From: Okamejei kenojei
Taxonomy: Eukaryota
Direction of reading: 5' to 3'
DNA: 64,000 nucleotides
Assembly: GCA_035221665.1 (NCBI GenBank)
Contig: CM069137.1
Location: 79,608,001-79,672,000 of the forward strand
The position numbers and the translations under genes were made by a program. The first letter of the stretch is position 1. Each line of letters starts with the position of its first letter. Under the pieces are notes generated by a model. It was not told the DNA's origin, did no database searches, and saw nothing but the letters and a program-made list of their open reading frames with translations. Shown piece after piece: positions 62,501 to 64,000 of the stretch.

Positions 62501-63004
62501 TACTTGTGAGAAATCCACCGTCTACTGGGCAGGAACTGAACCTTTATCCACTTATTTATTGCTAATTGAAATCACGCTGTTCTATCCTATTTTAACAATA
62601 AAAATGGGTCAGGCCAGATTTGCCAGTGCCCCGTCAATTTTCTTGGAAGGGCTATCCTATTTTAATTCTATCAAATTCTTGATTATCAGACTTTGCCCTT
62701 TGTATCCCATGAACCTCTTTCGCACCAGAAGTAGCATTCTTCCAACATTCCTGTTTTAGAAACCATCAGAATCGCCTCCATTTTTTCACACTTTATTACC
62801 ATAGTTAATTTCCTTGTCAATCATTAATTTAGCAATCACTTCAATACATCACCCTTTATTCCATGGTCTCTTACTAAACCAAAAACGGGCTTTATTTAGT
62901 TAAACACATAATACTCCTACTGTCCTCATGCAACTACACTAGATATCTCCATAGGAAGCACCTCTCTCACCATCACATTGGACAAAGATGTATCTGCAGC
63001 ACCA

Positions 63005-64000
63005 TTACTACTGCTTGGAGTTTGTAGACTGGGCAATGTTCAGAGACTCGGCAACAGACCTGAATGAACACGCCAGTCGTTACATACTTCATAAAGAAAT
63101 GTGTGGAGGACTGCATCCCAACAAAAACCTCCCGAGTGTTTTCTAACTAGAAGCCTTGGATGAACCATGAGATAAGCATTCTTCTGAAGACCAGATCCTG
63201 GGCATTCAGGTCTGGAGATATAGAGGTCTACAAGAATTCCAGATACAACCTTGGTAAGGTAATCAAAAAGGCCAAATAGAATTTCTGCTCCAAGTTGGAG
63301 GACAAGACGGATGTTCGGCAACTGTGGCGGGACTTGATTGCCATCACCTCCTACAAGGCAAAATCAGGAGGCAGCTCAAATGTCAGTGAAGCATCACTCC
63401 CTGACGAGCTCAATGCGTTCCACGCACACTTTGATAGGGAGAACACTGATGTGTTTTCCCGAGCCCCCATTCGCCATGATGGTATTTCAGTCACAGTCAC
63501 AGAGGCCGACGTCAGAAGATCCTTCAGGGTGGTGAACCCTCGAAAAGCGCCTGGACCTGATGGAATACCCGGTCATGTTCTAAAAATCTATGCGGACCAA
63601 CTGGCTGGAGTTTTTACGGACATTTTCAACCTCTCACTTCTGAGGTCTGAGGTTCCCACCCGCTTTAAAAGGGCATCAGTAATACCGGTGCCCAAGAAGA
63701 GTAAGGTGACATGCCTCAATGATTATCGACCAGTGGCACTAACGTCTGTGGTGATAAAGTGCTATGAGAGGTTGATTATGGAGCATATCAACTCCTACCT
63801 CGACAAGAACCGCGACCCACTGCAGCTTGCTTACAGTCACAACAGGTCAACGGTGGATGCGATCTCACTGACTCTCCACTCCGCTCTGGACCACTTGGAC
63901 AACAAAAACTCATATGTCAGGCTGTTATTCATAGACTACAGCTCGGCGTTTAATACCATCATCCCCTCCAAGCTGGTTACCAAGCGCTTTAGATCTGGGT
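63005..64000 (+). mobile_element. Rex1/Babar LINE ORF fragment (reverse transcriptase N-terminal half), runs off the window
   Basis: KAPGPDGIPG, DQLAGVFTDIFNLSL, LNDYRPVALTS, DPLQLAY, YVRLLFIDYSSAFNTI; stops and frameshifts in the 5' part. Confidence 0.93.

Noticed and set aside
59552-64000. A further upstream NCKAP1 exon (..LMWHISSQVAELK)
   Set aside because: I did not find it in this interval; it presumably lies beyond the right edge of the window.

Overview
Vertebrate genomic DNA. The repeat content (HE1/V-type SINEs, HER1-like CR1 LINEs, Penelope pseudo-LTRs, Deu-domain SINE relics) points to a cartilaginous fish, most likely a skate or ray (inference). The only intact gene is the 3' end of NCKAP1 on the minus strand: 8 coding exons between 59551 and 27781, all GT-AG and phase-consistent, ending ...[10 protein letters not shown], followed by its 3' UTR. 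The rest is intron and downstream DNA full of nested mobile elements. These include a degenerate two-LTR Gypsy element (10572-14271) inserted into an ancient Deu-domain SINE, CR1 and Rex1 LINE fragments, an internally deleted Tc1, hAT, PIF/Harbinger and Tigger-type MITEs with readable TSDs, and about 20 Penelope-derived repeats carrying a minimal hammerhead motif, several in fold-back pairs. The most unusual signal is at 32264-32328, in the 3' end of a Hero/R2-like LINE fragment. All three hammerhead core strands and their helices are present but in a non-circularly permuted (pseudoknotted) order; this copy has a probably inactivating G8->U change. Other leads are a 204-bp near-perfect intronic palindrome, a modular SINE-like family with a conserved hairpin and different LINE tails, and traces of a decayed multi-exon gene with a duplicated 23-nt micro-exon downstream of NCKAP1. 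Repeat family names come from recalled motifs, not database searches, and boundaries of old repeats are approximate.
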